Shown here: positions 48,047-57,719 of the stretch, one piece after another
Layout of the letters: each line of letters opens with the position of its first letter
How positions within the stretch are numbered: the stretch's first letter is position 1
DNA from: Candidatus Thorarchaeota archaeon
Lineage (GTDB): Archaea > Asgardarchaeota > Thorarchaeia > Thorarchaeales > Thorarchaeaceae
Direction of reading: 5' to 3'
NCBI GenBank assembly: GCA_048884785.1
Contig: JBHLQM010000003.1
Location: 1 to 64,000, forward strand
DNA: 64,000 bases
Translations under genes and position numbers: made by a program
Notes under the pieces: generated by a model
Databases searched by the model: none
What the model saw: the letters and a program-made list of their open reading frames with translations, nothing else
What the model was told of the DNA's origin: nothing

Positions 48047-48874
48047 TTAGTGAACCTGCCAAAAGGTCCAGACCAATACTATCATACATGCTATTGCTAC
48101 TAAAATTGCCCAAGCTGTGGAAGCATCGTGTGCTTCTCGTATTCCAAATATGAGAAGAAATCCCACCCAAACAAATGATAGTGTCATTAGAATATCTAGG
48201 GTGAACCATAGTTGTGAACTATAGATCGCAGTTACTATCGCCTCCTGCGTCATTCCTGTTGGGTTCAAGGGTCCGACCAAATAATATGGTGGGAGTGTTA
48301 CAAGAGCGACAAGCATCCCAATAAGGCGAAAAATGAGGACTGGAATCATACTATAACCTACAATGGCGACAGTCCTGCCTTTTCTACCAGTTCCACCAGT
48401 GACCTTGAAGGCTAAATGTGCGAACGCCGAACCTATACCTAGGTAAACCATCCCTATGAGAATATTCGGAAGGACTGTGATTAGGGCGGATACCATATAG
48501 TTACTACCATCCGAAAGAGTGAGGACACTAACATCAGCTCGTGTTCCTAATGTTTGGTTGAGCCACACAGTTCTTGTTATTTTTGAAGAAATGGTGAGGA
48601 AGAATCCTGCCATGATCAGTGCGTTCATGACTATTATTGCAAATGGTCCTGCATAGTCAGGTCTTTGGGCAATGTCCCGATATGTTGGTGCAGGTTGTCT
48701 GATAACACCCCATAATCTTCCTGTTATGCCCAGAGCTCTGACCTTTGGAGTCTCAGGTCTTCTTAACATAGGAAGTATCCTTTCAAGTGACTCTTCACCA
48801 ATCTCCTCTCTGCACACTGGACATTTCACTGCATCAGCAGGAACTGGTGAATCACAGAACTCACATCGACGCAC
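48047..48874 (-). CDS. Yip1-domain membrane protein with N-terminal zinc ribbon
   Basis: CEFC...CPVC, then P...Y..I, 5 TM helices, GG.G, GYS.IP. Confidence 0.75.
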   Translation of the reverse strand: MRRCEFCDSPVPADAVKCPVCREEIGEESLERILPMLRRPETPKVRALGITGRLWGVIRQPAPTYRDIAQRPDYAGPFAIIVMNALIMAGFFLTISSKITRTVWLNQTLGTRADVSVLTLSDGSNYMVSALITVLPNILIGMVYLGIGSAFAHLAFKVTGGTGRKGRTVAIVGYSMIPVLIFRLIGMLVALVTLPPYYLVGPLNPTGMTQEAIVTAIYSSQLWFTLDILMTLSFVWVGFLLIFGIREAHDASTAWAILVAIACMIVLVWTFWQVH

Positions 48875-48986
48875 TATTAGTCCTCCAAAGTTAACCTATT
48901 GGGGATTTGCTCACAAGAAAGATAGTTATTATCTATTTAAGCCCTATTTGGTTGTTTCCAAGATGTGGGGAGGGCTCTCCCCCTGC

Positions 48987-49619
48987 TCACCACATCCTGA
49001 AGTTCTCGAAAAGACGAGTCGAATACACAACATAGAATGGTACTAACGCATCCCAGAAACTCTGGAGCGTATTCAATACCGTAGTATAGATGATTATTGT
49101 GACGGTATCCCATGGAAAGAATAATGGAACAATGACAAGATTCAATGGAAGCATTATTCCAAGTCTGACCAAATAGGCAATGAACATGTACTTGCCATAT
49201 GTTCGGGGTTTCGAGAGATGACCCCCATCTAGATTCATCTTTGATAAACGCATTGCCAGCCACGGAACAACTATCATTGGAAATGTAGCTAGGAATTTGA
49301 AGACTGGTCCGATTCCAGTGGGATCGAATAAGAAGAGGCCAAAGAAGCCTGCAGTAGTTGCAATCATCCCTACTTCAATTCCCCCAAGAAGAAAGGCGAT
49401 TACCCACACCAAAGAAACCGGGTCAAAAATAGCAATCCCCCAACCCGGAATCCTTGGTATGAATGACGCAGTATATCCCAGAGCTATTGAGAGGGCACCA
49501 AGGATAGCTGAAACTGCTATCTTGTTCGATTTTCCTACGTGTTTGTGGGTGGCATTTAGGACTTCACCTTCGAATTCTTCATTTTCCGTAGTATCTGACA
49601 ACAGAGAATAATCCTCCAA
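48987..49619 (-). CDS. ECF transporter S-component-like membrane protein
   Basis: IA..AILGALS..L, FDP, G...G, KFLAT, N..Q. Confidence 0.7.
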   Translation of the reverse strand: MEDYSLLSDTTENEEFEGEVLNATHKHVGKSNKIAVSAILGALSIALGYTASFIPRIPGWGIAIFDPVSLVWVIAFLLGGIEVGMIATTAGFFGLFLFDPTGIGPVFKFLATFPMIVVPWLAMRLSKMNLDGGHLSKPRTYGKYMFIAYLVRLGIMLPLNLVIVPLFFPWDTVTIIIYTTVLNTLQSFWDALVPFYVVYSTRLFENFRMW

Positions 49620-49686
49620 ATAGGGGGTCTTATGGTTTTTTCAAAATACACCCGTATTAAAACTTTACTCAATTTATGAAAACTAC

Positions 49687-50157
49687 TCAATAATGAGTAG
49701 ACCCATCTGGGTCCTGTTTGAGGAGTCTTTGAACAGAACTATGAAACTTCTCTTCCGGATTATTAGGGCGAACACGGTTGATCATCTGAAGCAGTTTGCG
49801 AGTTGGATCCAACCAATCGGGGTTGATTCTCCACTCAGCCCAATCAATACCACTTGACAATGAGGTCCTACTGAGAATCAAGCGCGAATCTACAAGTTCG
49901 TTAAGACCATTCAAAATCGTACCTATTGTGACCGCACCCACGACAGCCCGCACTTGACGTGCAGCTCTCAACAGATCTGCTGTTGTGACCCAAGAACCAT
50001 CCTCGATTAAGATGCGGAGAATCTTTGAACGGACTGGATCTGATTCAAGCGCACCTTTCAAAGGAGCCAAATTAATTGGCTTTGATGAGGAATGAGGTCG
50101 CTCCTCATGCAACCACGGGTCTCTACCGTATTCATCCCTGAATGGTCTATAATCCAT
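49687..50157 (-). CDS. Hypothetical winged-helix-like protein
   Basis: DPVRSKILRIL.....T..DL pattern and a beta-wing ending WRIN. Confidence 0.5.
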   Translation of the reverse strand: MDYRPFRDEYGRDPWLHEERPHSSSKPINLAPLKGALESDPVRSKILRILIEDGSWVTTADLLRAARQVRAVVGAVTIGTILNGLNELVDSRLILSRTSLSSGIDWAEWRINPDWLDPTRKLLQMINRVRPNNPEEKFHSSVQRLLKQDPDGSTHY

Positions 50158-50280
50158 AATAGCACCCTGTTTAGAGAGTTATACTTCTCTTTTGAAACAA
50201 AGTATTATCCTCAAATTCGAATGTGCAATCGTCTTGCACAACTCTTATCTGAACGAATGTTGTTACCAACATGCGAATTG

Positions 50281-50652
50281 ATGGGGCAGACTACGATGAA
50301 GGGATTACTCACCAAGAAATTCTCTGAACCATGCGGTCTTCTTTGCTGTGCATTTGGAGTGAAAGATAGCTCTGCAAAAGTGTATTTTGAGCTCCTCGAA
50401 GGCCCAAAGACAGTTGAGGACATATCAGTACTAATAGGAAGAGACCGAAGTGTGGCTCAAAGATATCTGAAAGAGCTTGTGGATAGCAATCTAGCAATAA
50501 CTGAGAAGGTTTCACTGGATCAAGGAGGATACCGCCATATCTATGTAGCCAATCCTTCAGAGGAAGTTAAGAGTCAGATTCTCCAGCAGTTGGATGATTG
50601 GTATAATGAAACCAGAAGATTCTTGTTGGATTCATGGCCGACGCAGAATTAG
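50281..50652 (+). CDS. TrmB-like HTH transcriptional regulator
   Basis: LL.CAFG.....KVYF.LL..P.TVEDI...IGRDRS..QR.LK.LV, GGY..IY. Start trimmed. Confidence 0.82.
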   Translation: MGQTTMKGLLTKKFSEPCGLLCCAFGVKDSSAKVYFELLEGPKTVEDISVLIGRDRSVAQRYLKELVDSNLAITEKVSLDQGGYRHIYVANPSEEVKSQILQQLDDWYNETRRFLLDSWPTQN

Positions 50653-50681
50653 CGAGTTTGAACTATTCTGAGGCTCATCAA

Positions 50682-51248
50682 ATGCAGCAATTGACTTCAC
50701 AAAGGAATACTGTTTTGCTTTCAACATTGGCGATTATTGCTTCGCTTGGAATTATTGCAAGAATGTTTCTTAGAATTCCACTCGTTCCCGGCTTCTTTGA
50801 ACTGACTCCCGGATTTCTATTCTCGCTTCTTGGGGGTGTCGTAGGTGGAATTCCAGGGGGAATCTTCTGCGGTGCAATTGTTGGGTTTGGAGGAGCATTG
50901 GCAGGGGGTGAGTTCTTTCTCTTGCCCATGGTTGGCAACATCTTTCTGGGAGTTGGAACTGGGATTGCCATTCATCTAGAAAATGATAGGTATAGCTCAA
51001 AGTATGCATTGATAGCAATACTTGGAGGTGGGTTGATTGGCGGATTCATTCCAAGCATGACAATCTTTGGTGCAATCACGGAATCATTTGAACTAACTCT
51101 GATTGTGGCAGTTGCGGATTTGATTCAAGCCCTCTTATGGGCCGCCGTTGCCATACTGATTGACAGAACAATTATCAAAAGAATACTTGGTAACTATATC
51201 TATTTAGAGGTCATGGTCAGTGACATCAGCATTGATATGGAGCAGTAG
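50682..51248 (+). CDS. ECF S-component-like membrane protein
   Basis: A.IASL..., IP.., G...G...G..G Gly-rich TM helices. Start trimmed. Confidence 0.6.
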   Translation: MQQLTSQRNTVLLSTLAIIASLGIIARMFLRIPLVPGFFELTPGFLFSLLGGVVGGIPGGIFCGAIVGFGGALAGGEFFLLPMVGNIFLGVGTGIAIHLENDRYSSKYALIAILGGGLIGGFIPSMTIFGAITESFELTLIVAVADLIQALLWAAVAILIDRTIIKRILGNYIYLEVMVSDISIDMEQ

Positions 51249-51253
51249 ACACG

Positions 51254-51904
51254 ATGAAGGAGAAGACTATTTCCATAGACATTAAACAAGATCTCTTCGG
51301 GGCGAATGAGGAAGCAGCAGCAAAAAATGCTGAGCTGTTTCAAAAGCATGGTATAATATCGATTGATATTATGGGGTCCGTAGGTACAGGAAAAACACAG
51401 TTGATTGAAGCCCTGTGTGAGAAATTATCCCAGAAATACCCTATTCTCATGATTGCAGGAGACTTAGCAACACGCATTGATGCTGATAGAGTCGAATCAC
51501 ATGGAGTTGATACCGTACAGATCAACACTGGAACTGCATGTCATCTAGATGCACGAATGATTCAGGTCGCTCTGAAAGATATTGACCTCTCAAATTACAA
51601 AATAGTATTCATTGAAAACGTTGGAAACCTCATTTGCCCTGCTGGATATTCTCTAGGTGTCAACAAGAAAGTGGTTGTTGTCAGTGTGACTGAAGGTCCA
51701 TATATGATTAGGAAGCATCCCCTTACGATAAAGAGGTCCGATTTGGTTGTTATCAATAAGATCGATCTTGCAGAAGCTATTGGATTTGATGTTGAGCTCC
51801 TAGTAAGAGACATCCGTGAAGTAGATGCAAATCTTCCTGTTTTTAGAGTGAGTTCAAAGTCTGGTGCAGGAGTACAGGAATTGATTGAGTATCTTGGACT
51901 CTAG
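51254..51904 (+). CDS. hypB: Hydrogenase nickel incorporation GTPase HypB
   Basis: GSVGTGKT, GD....DA, INTG..CHLDA, ENVGNLICP, NKID. Confidence 0.92.
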   Translation: MKEKTISIDIKQDLFGANEEAAAKNAELFQKHGIISIDIMGSVGTGKTQLIEALCEKLSQKYPILMIAGDLATRIDADRVESHGVDTVQINTGTACHLDARMIQVALKDIDLSNYKIVFIENVGNLICPAGYSLGVNKKVVVVSVTEGPYMIRKHPLTIKRSDLVVINKIDLAEAIGFDVELLVRDIREVDANLPVFRVSSKSGAGVQELIEYLGL

Positions 51905-51906
51905 TT

Positions 51907-52587
51907 TCAATTAGATTCAGATAGAAGTTCCTTTAATTTCTCAGTTACACCATCGATATGTCCAGCGCCTAAGACGGCTACTATTTTTCCTGTAACGTCA
52001 CCAAGAATGTATTTTATTGCCTTCGCAATGTATTCATTTCTCTGGTCAATAAGTACATGAGCTAAAGTAGGGAACTCCTTGGTGAACTCCTCGAGAAGTT
52101 CGTCAATCGTTCCCTCCTTCTTAAGTAAATCAAAGAAGCTCATTTCTCCTTCTTTGGATAGGTCCTGTGCATTACTTGGAATCATTTCAGCAAAACGATA
52201 TATCTCATCCATAGGAACCTGTCCCATTGCCTGAGCAGTGAGTTCAATTGGTCTATCAACCAATGCAATCTTTGCTCCCACTTCTCGACCGGTTTCAACT
52301 GCTGCCAACATCTCTTCGCCTGGACTTGAGCCAGTCATTTCGCCTAGGCTTTGCTGGAGCAGTGCAATCTGATTCATTAGGTTGCTCACCTCAAATCCCG
52401 ATGATGAAGGCTGATGATTAGGATGTGTCGTTCTAGGATTACTTAGCTGATTAAAACGAGTCCGATCCAATTCCACTGCAACTACGTTCGGCTTTGTATC
52501 CCGAATCACTCTTCGTGCAGTATCAACACTTTCTTTATCGGTATGAATCACTGGCACAAATACAACTCTTTCAAGCACTAAATTCAC
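51907..52587 (-). CDS. TraB/PrgY family protein
   Basis: H....S, P..VAVELD..R, PG.EM.AA, LVDR, L.D.RN.YIA, AVLGAGH..G. Confidence 0.88.
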   Translation of the reverse strand: MNLVLERVVFVPVIHTDKESVDTARRVIRDTKPNVVAVELDRTRFNQLSNPRTTHPNHQPSSSGFEVSNLMNQIALLQQSLGEMTGSSPGEEMLAAVETGREVGAKIALVDRPIELTAQAMGQVPMDEIYRFAEMIPSNAQDLSKEGEMSFFDLLKKEGTIDELLEEFTKEFPTLAHVLIDQRNEYIAKAIKYILGDVTGKIVAVLGAGHIDGVTEKLKELLSESN

Positions 52588-52762
52588 GTCTTGATTTTTC
52601 CTGCAAATGCTTCTTTTCTTCTTTTCCCACTCGGCATATTCGCTCTTTTCACCGTGTAAACGTTATATTGCGCCGAATTCCTGAATAACATTCATTTTCG
52701 TTATTAGATTGGCAATAAGAAGGTTTTTCACCTTCAACACGTGTACTCTGGATGTATAAAGT

Positions 52763-53149
52763 TTGGAGTGTGGAGAAATGAAAGAAGACCTAGACAGCAC
52801 AGCAGCCAAGTTGAGGAATCCTCTCCTGAAAAAGGGACTCGGTCTAGTCTTATTGCACACTCTTTTGGACTCTCTACAAAGTTCAAAGATACGACCCAGT
52901 GATGTTTTCAGTTGGGATTCGGAATCTCGAGTTAAGGGGGGACATCTCAAGGGTTCGTCCAAACAGTCCATCACCAATGCAGCTCGCAGGCTTGAAGATG
53001 CAAAGGTAATCAGTAGAGATGAAGGGCAATACAAGGTCAATTATGGATACATCATCTCTTTATTGCTTCATGAAATTGATCAATTGAACTCTCGAATTGA
53101 GGACCTTGAAGATAAAATAGAGGATCTAAAGGAAGCATCCACCTCTTAG
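52763..53149 (+). CDS. Hypothetical protein, winged-helix-like with C-terminal coiled coil
   Basis: SKQSITNAARRLEDAKVI...GQY then leucine heptads. Likely start at ATG 52778. Confidence 0.55.
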   Translation: MECGEMKEDLDSTAAKLRNPLLKKGLGLVLLHTLLDSLQSSKIRPSDVFSWDSESRVKGGHLKGSSKQSITNAARRLEDAKVISRDEGQYKVNYGYIISLLLHEIDQLNSRIEDLEDKIEDLKEASTS

Positions 53150-53256
53150 GTCTGTTTTGAGTTCCAACAGATCTCTCAAAATCCTTGATTGGAGAGTCTT
53201 GGTGACTGTCGGGAATATTGCTTCGATTGTAGTGATTAAAAGCACGCAAATTCGGC

Positions 53257-54006
53257 GTGCTTGTCATGGCAGCTAATGATAATTACTATGTCCAAAAAAA
53301 AGACCATTGGCTGAAATTTTATCGCGCTATTATGGAGAATAAAAGGGTTCAACGCTCTGTGCTTCAGAAATATCTTGCTCCCGAAAAAATAGAGGAATTG
53401 AAGTCAAACATGCAACAGAGATTTGAAGAGCTGTTGCCGCAAATCCCAGATTTCGGTAGAAAGGTAATAAACCAATTCTCAACCGACATGGTCAAGACTG
53501 TTCTTTCTTTGGCGTTTTATCAGGCCTTAAAAGAAGAAGGATTTCAACTTCCTATGATTGGGCAGATGATCTTTGAAATTGGCGAGGCGTATTATGGAAA
53601 TATGAATCCATTTATGAAATTCATAATGCGCAGGTTTTACCTCTCTTCATCTACTCATAAGAAGATCAAGAAGACGATAGAAAATAGACGACTTCCTGTT
53701 GATCCTGAGGATTCCCATTGTGTTTTCGTTGAAGGCGACCAAGAGAATCTGCTCTTTGGATTGGACTACACAAACTGTGCGGGTCTGCATTTCCTAAAAA
53801 ACCAGAATGCGCTGGAATTGGCACCCTACCTCTGTTTGTGCGACTATCCAGTATACAGGGCAATCAAAATTGGTTTCAATCGCAGTCAGAATCTTGCGAT
53901 TGGCGGAACGGCGTGCATGTTTCGCTTCTATCGGAATTATCCAACTGAGAGAGGTTGGCCCCCCGAAGAGGTGACTGAATACAAAGATTACAAGTTCAAA
54001 GAATAA
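53257..54006 (+). CDS. ATC-hydrolase-family (V4R-clan) protein
   Basis: DYTNC....F......ELAPYLC.CDY, R.Q.LA.GG..C.FRF. Confidence 0.8.
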   Translation: MLVMAANDNYYVQKKDHWLKFYRAIMENKRVQRSVLQKYLAPEKIEELKSNMQQRFEELLPQIPDFGRKVINQFSTDMVKTVLSLAFYQALKEEGFQLPMIGQMIFEIGEAYYGNMNPFMKFIMRRFYLSSSTHKKIKKTIENRRLPVDPEDSHCVFVEGDQENLLFGLDYTNCAGLHFLKNQNALELAPYLCLCDYPVYRAIKIGFNRSQNLAIGGTACMFRFYRNYPTERGWPPEEVTEYKDYKFKE

Positions 54007-54065
54007 AACTTGATGGAAAAATCAACAACCCATTAACTTCCAACTCCTCGCTGCTTGCCTCTATT

Positions 54066-54623
54066 TCAACTTGAACGCTGTTTTAGTTTCATTGCTACAA
54101 AGACCAAAAGCAAGAGAAAAACGACTCCAAATCCTGCATATAATAGCAGCCATTTGAAAATCGTCACATAGCTCGCTATTCCTATAATCAAAGGAGAGAG
54201 AGAAGGGTATGCCACCGCCTGAGATGCGATCAGAGTGTTCTCAACATAGTCTGCAAATGCAGCAGCAATCGGGAGTAGCCCAAGAGCTCTCAGCGAGTCC
54301 TTCTCCGGAAAGGTCCCTCTCAATTCCATCAAAATACCAAATGTCATGGAAAATGCATATGTGAGCGGGAAAATCAAATCGAGCAGATGTACTTGAAGCC
54401 ATGCTTGGAGCCCCTCACTTCCAAGAGTTTCGAATGCCTCTTGGATTTGTGCAAATGTGTACCCAAAGTTCGTATCTGGCATATTCGCGTTCCCATAAAC
54501 ACTATACACCAGGGTTTGAGTGAGAGTTCCCATCAATGACACAACAATGATGGCTAAGATTACACCAATGACTAGATTGCGAGGTGTTGAGATTCTATCA
54601 AGGGCATCGATGAGTTTGGTCAT
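54066..54623 (-). CDS. Conserved 4-TM membrane protein
   Basis: D..FGYT......LG.EG...., LD..FP..Y, DYVEN, T..KW. Confidence 0.72.
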   Translation of the reverse strand: MTKLIDALDRISTPRNLVIGVILAIIVVSLMGTLTQTLVYSVYGNANMPDTNFGYTFAQIQEAFETLGSEGLQAWLQVHLLDLIFPLTYAFSMTFGILMELRGTFPEKDSLRALGLLPIAAAFADYVENTLIASQAVAYPSLSPLIIGIASYVTIFKWLLLYAGFGVVFLLLLVFVAMKLKQRSS

Positions 54624-54782
54624 AATGAATCATCCTCAGTTGCATAGACATGGCGACATATGGAGATTTCTGAAATACGCATTTGATCTCCTTCTTCTTG
54701 AAATAGAAAAAGACTCATGCTATGTATGGATAAGCTAATAAGAAAAAAGGGTCGTGCAACGCATCGCTACCTATGTAGCAAT

Positions 54783-54857
54783 GGCCTAGGTGGTGTACCG
54801 GCAGCATAAAGGATTGTGGCTCCTTTGAAGGGGGTTCAATTCCCCCCCTGGGCCCCA
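54783..54857 (+). tRNA. tRNA-His(GUG) with encoded G-1 and CCA
   Basis: Acceptor GCCTAGG (54784-90) with CCTGGGC (54847-53). G-1 at 54783 opposite C73. D-arm GTGT/GCAT. Anticodon arm AAGGA-TTGTGGC-TCCTT. T-arm GGGGG-TTCAATT-CCCCC. CCA at 54855-57. Confidence 0.93.
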
Positions 54858-54878
54858 CTTACTGATTCTGAATAATAG

Positions 54879-54924
54879 TGCATGATGACTAGAGTTCCAG
54901 TCAAGAAACCCTAGTCATGATGCA
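54879..54924. terminator. Inverted repeat between tRNA-His and the convergent HxlR gene
   Basis: tgcatgatgactag pairs with ctagtcatgatgca (13/14 complementary). Confidence 0.55.
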
Positions 54925-54942
54925 TTGTGTGTATAGACCCGG

Positions 54943-55326
54943 CTAACATGCAGAAACATCGTTTATGATGTTCACGCCGTTATTTGATCCATCAAAAGTC
55001 CAGAGGCCCATTCGAACAATGTGTCGATAGGTTTCTAGACCTGTGTTGGTCAAGCCATATTCTGTAATAGATGGGGATTCTTCATGGACTACTTCCGCAA
55101 CTAGCCCAATTTCAGCAAGCCCTGATAGACAGTTGTGCAGTGTGGCTTCAGGCACTTTTCTGCTGCTAATCAGTCTAATTCTGTCTCTTATTTCGTGCAA
55201 TTCATGAGTTGAACCACGCTCCCCAAGAGCAAGAATCAGAGAAATAGTCCAAGGTCGTCCAAGCTGAGAGAAGATCTCAGATATGGACTGAGTAATGTTT
55301 TTACTAGATGAATTACCATTAATCAT
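54943..55326 (-). CDS. HxlR-family winged-helix regulator
   Basis: LGRPWT..LI..L, TL...L..L...GLV...V..ESP...EY.LT..G. Confidence 0.8.
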   Translation of the reverse strand: MINGNSSSKNITQSISEIFSQLGRPWTISLILALGERGSTHELHEIRDRIRLISSRKVPEATLHNCLSGLAEIGLVAEVVHEESPSITEYGLTNTGLETYRHIVRMGLWTFDGSNNGVNIINDVSAC

Positions 55327-55522
55327 CGTTGAAGTTCAACCAACTAGCTAAATGATTTTCATTCAAAACGATATATCTTTTTGTAAGGGCACTTTGCTGC
55401 ATTTTATGACAGTTTCGGGTCGTTTTATGAAATCAATGTAAAAACTGGGACTACGATTGCACTTGGTCATATTCATTAAGTTGATAATAGGTTTAATTTG
55501 CATATCGGACTATTAACAGAAG

Positions 55523-57442
55523 GTGATTGTGACGCCCAATGGCGCAGCTAATTCTGACCAGCCAAAGACAGCACTGAAACGAGACATTGGCTGGTTTGGT
55601 TCCTTTGCTATGGGTTATGCTGATGTTGGTGCAGATATCTACGTGGCACTAGGTTTGGTAGCAGCATATGCAGCCGGCTGGGCTCCAATCGCATTCCTAA
55701 TAGCATCAATCACCTACATCGCTACAGGCCTTGCATATTCCGAACTTGCAACTGCCTATCCCTATGCTGGCGGCGCTCAGGTATATTCGATGAAGGCATT
55801 CAACGACTTTGCTGGCTTTTTGGCTGGCTGGTTGGTTATGCTTGATTATACCGTATGCACAGCTCTCTTTGCAATCGCGACGACAGGCTATCTCTCATTC
55901 TTCTTTCCATTTTTGACAACTACAACACTTACCATTTCGATACTTGGATTTGGATTTTCACTTACTGCAATAGGTCTTGTTTCCTGCATCATTGTACTTC
56001 TCTTGATTGTCATCAACATCAAGGGGATCAAAGAATCCTCAAATCTGAATATCAGCATGGTGGCACTAAACCTGATAGTCCTCTCGGTTGTCATGATAAT
56101 TGGACTCGGGCTTTCTTTCAATGTGGACTTGTTCTTTTTGCAATTGAGTGTGAATGGAGCTCCTGATCAATTCGGGCATATATCATACATATGGAGTCAG
56201 AATTATAATCAGCAGAATTTTCTATATGCTGTAACTTTGGCAATGAGCTCGTTTATTGGAATCGAGTCCATCGCACAAGCTGCTGAAGAAACAAAGCGTC
56301 CTGATAAAACGATCCCACGAGCAACCAAGATGTCTATAATTGCAGTTATTGTGTTTGCTGTCGGGCTTTCTGCACTAAGTCTTGGTATGATCAGTTGGAC
56401 TGGTCTAAGAGCTAATCTTGAAGCTCCAGTTTCTGCACTTGTAGCAACAATCGGAGTTATTGGCTCCATTCTTCTTCCTGTCGTAGCATTTACAGGGTTT
56501 GCAATTTGTCTTGTTTCTTCAAATACAGGTATTATTGGTGTATCTAGAGTTGTATTCTCAATGAGTAACTTTGGTCTCCTTCCTGCATGGTTCTCAAAAA
56601 TCAATGTCAGAACCCGAACGCCGATACGTACAATTCTTGTTTTTGGTAGCATTGGAGCTTTAATGGCGCTTATTGGTGCACTTGATTGGGTAGCGGATTT
56701 GTATAACTTTGGTGCATTGCTCTCATACCTGATGGTAAACATATCCCTCATAGTTCTTAGGCAGACCGATCGGGAAACACACAGATCATGGCGTATTCCT
56801 ATGAGTGTAAAGGTACCATTTAGAGGAAATCATTATGATATTCCACTTCCGAGCGTCATTGGAATAATTGCTTGTTCCACGATTTGGAGTCTTGTGATTA
56901 TCTTTCATCCAGTAGGACGAATTTTGGGACTGAGTTGGACCTTAATTGGAGTACTTATCTACAGTGCCTACCGATGGAAAACAGGAAGACCTCTTCTCAG
57001 CAAAGAGATTGGCAATTCCATTTTGCCCATGACATACAAAATGAATGCGATTGTGCTAATCAGACCTGAGGAAAAAGAGGATGTTGTTGAAGCAATCAGG
57101 GACAGTCTGGATACACGATTCAGGTTGACACTGTTGAGCATTATACGTCCCGATCAATGGCAAATGACATTGGAGGTTGCGAGACAATACAAAGAACTTG
57201 CCAGACACGATTTATGGGAGTTGGCCAGAGAGCTAAGTTCATCTGGTTTTGAAACTGATATCAAAGTGCAACTGGGTCGATTGAACAAAGTCATATCTCT
57301 ACTCGTCAAAGATGAGAGCTATGATTTCATTATTATACTGAGAGAAAAGACGTCTAAGAAATCGAAGCGCGATGTATCTGACGACATGGTTTCAATGATA
57401 TCAGCACTATCCCCGGGAAAGCTTATGGTGGTCAGAAAATAA
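55523..57442 (+). CDS. APC-family amino acid permease with C-terminal USP-like domain
   Basis: LKRDIG, G..IY, YSELAT.YP.AGG..Y, FIGIES.AQ.AEE, SR..FSM...G.LP, then a soluble USP-like tail. Confidence 0.88.
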   Translation: MIVTPNGAANSDQPKTALKRDIGWFGSFAMGYADVGADIYVALGLVAAYAAGWAPIAFLIASITYIATGLAYSELATAYPYAGGAQVYSMKAFNDFAGFLAGWLVMLDYTVCTALFAIATTGYLSFFFPFLTTTTLTISILGFGFSLTAIGLVSCIIVLLLIVINIKGIKESSNLNISMVALNLIVLSVVMIIGLGLSFNVDLFFLQLSVNGAPDQFGHISYIWSQNYNQQNFLYAVTLAMSSFIGIESIAQAAEETKRPDKTIPRATKMSIIAVIVFAVGLSALSLGMISWTGLRANLEAPVSALVATIGVIGSILLPVVAFTGFAICLVSSNTGIIGVSRVVFSMSNFGLLPAWFSKINVRTRTPIRTILVFGSIGALMALIGALDWVADLYNFGALLSYLMVNISLIVLRQTDRETHRSWRIPMSVKVPFRGNHYDIPLPSVIGIIACSTIWSLVIIFHPVGRILGLSWTLIGVLIYSAYRWKTGRPLLSKEIGNSILPMTYKMNAIVLIRPEEKEDVVEAIRDSLDTRFRLTLLSIIRPDQWQMTLEVARQYKELARHDLWELARELSSSGFETDIKVQLGRLNKVISLLVKDESYDFIIILREKTSKKSKRDVSDDMVSMISALSPGKLMVVRK

Positions 57443-57708
57443 TGACTAAAATACGTATACTACTGAATATCACTATTGAATCAAGGGACTTGGATGAGAT
57501 TGCTAGGGAATTAGCAGCGTTACCATTCGTTATGGATCTATATGAAATCACAGGAGAATCTGACATTGTTCTAGTACTTGAAGCTGAGAATGTTATTGAT
57601 TTCAGAAACATGCTCAAGAACCAGATTCTATGCGTCAAGGGAGTAAAGACAACTGTTTCCAGCGTAGTCATGTATGTTCACAAAAGAGATGGAAAACGAG
57701 TAGACTAG
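57442..57708 (+). CDS. Stand-alone Lrp/AsnC ligand-binding (RAM) domain
   Basis: V..LYEITGE.DI, I....GV..T.SSVV. No HTH. Confidence 0.85.
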   Translation: MTKIRILLNITIESRDLDEIARELAALPFVMDLYEITGESDIVLVLEAENVIDFRNMLKNQILCVKGVKTTVSSVVMYVHKRDGKRVD

Positions 57709-57719
57709 GGGTGAAGTTC

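Noticed and set aside
54879-54924. Hairpin containing ATGA...TGA resembling a eukaryote-type SECIS or K-turn
   Set aside because: It pairs as a plain Watson-Crick stem with one G-G mismatch, the register for tandem G-A pairs does not fit, and no UGA-interrupted ORF lies upstream.
56209-56751. Long antisense or alternative-frame ORFs (e.g. 56209-56751, 59279-59818, 40269-40733, 4795-5223)
   Set aside because: They overlap well-supported genes and have no recognisable motifs, so they are treated as shadow ORFs.
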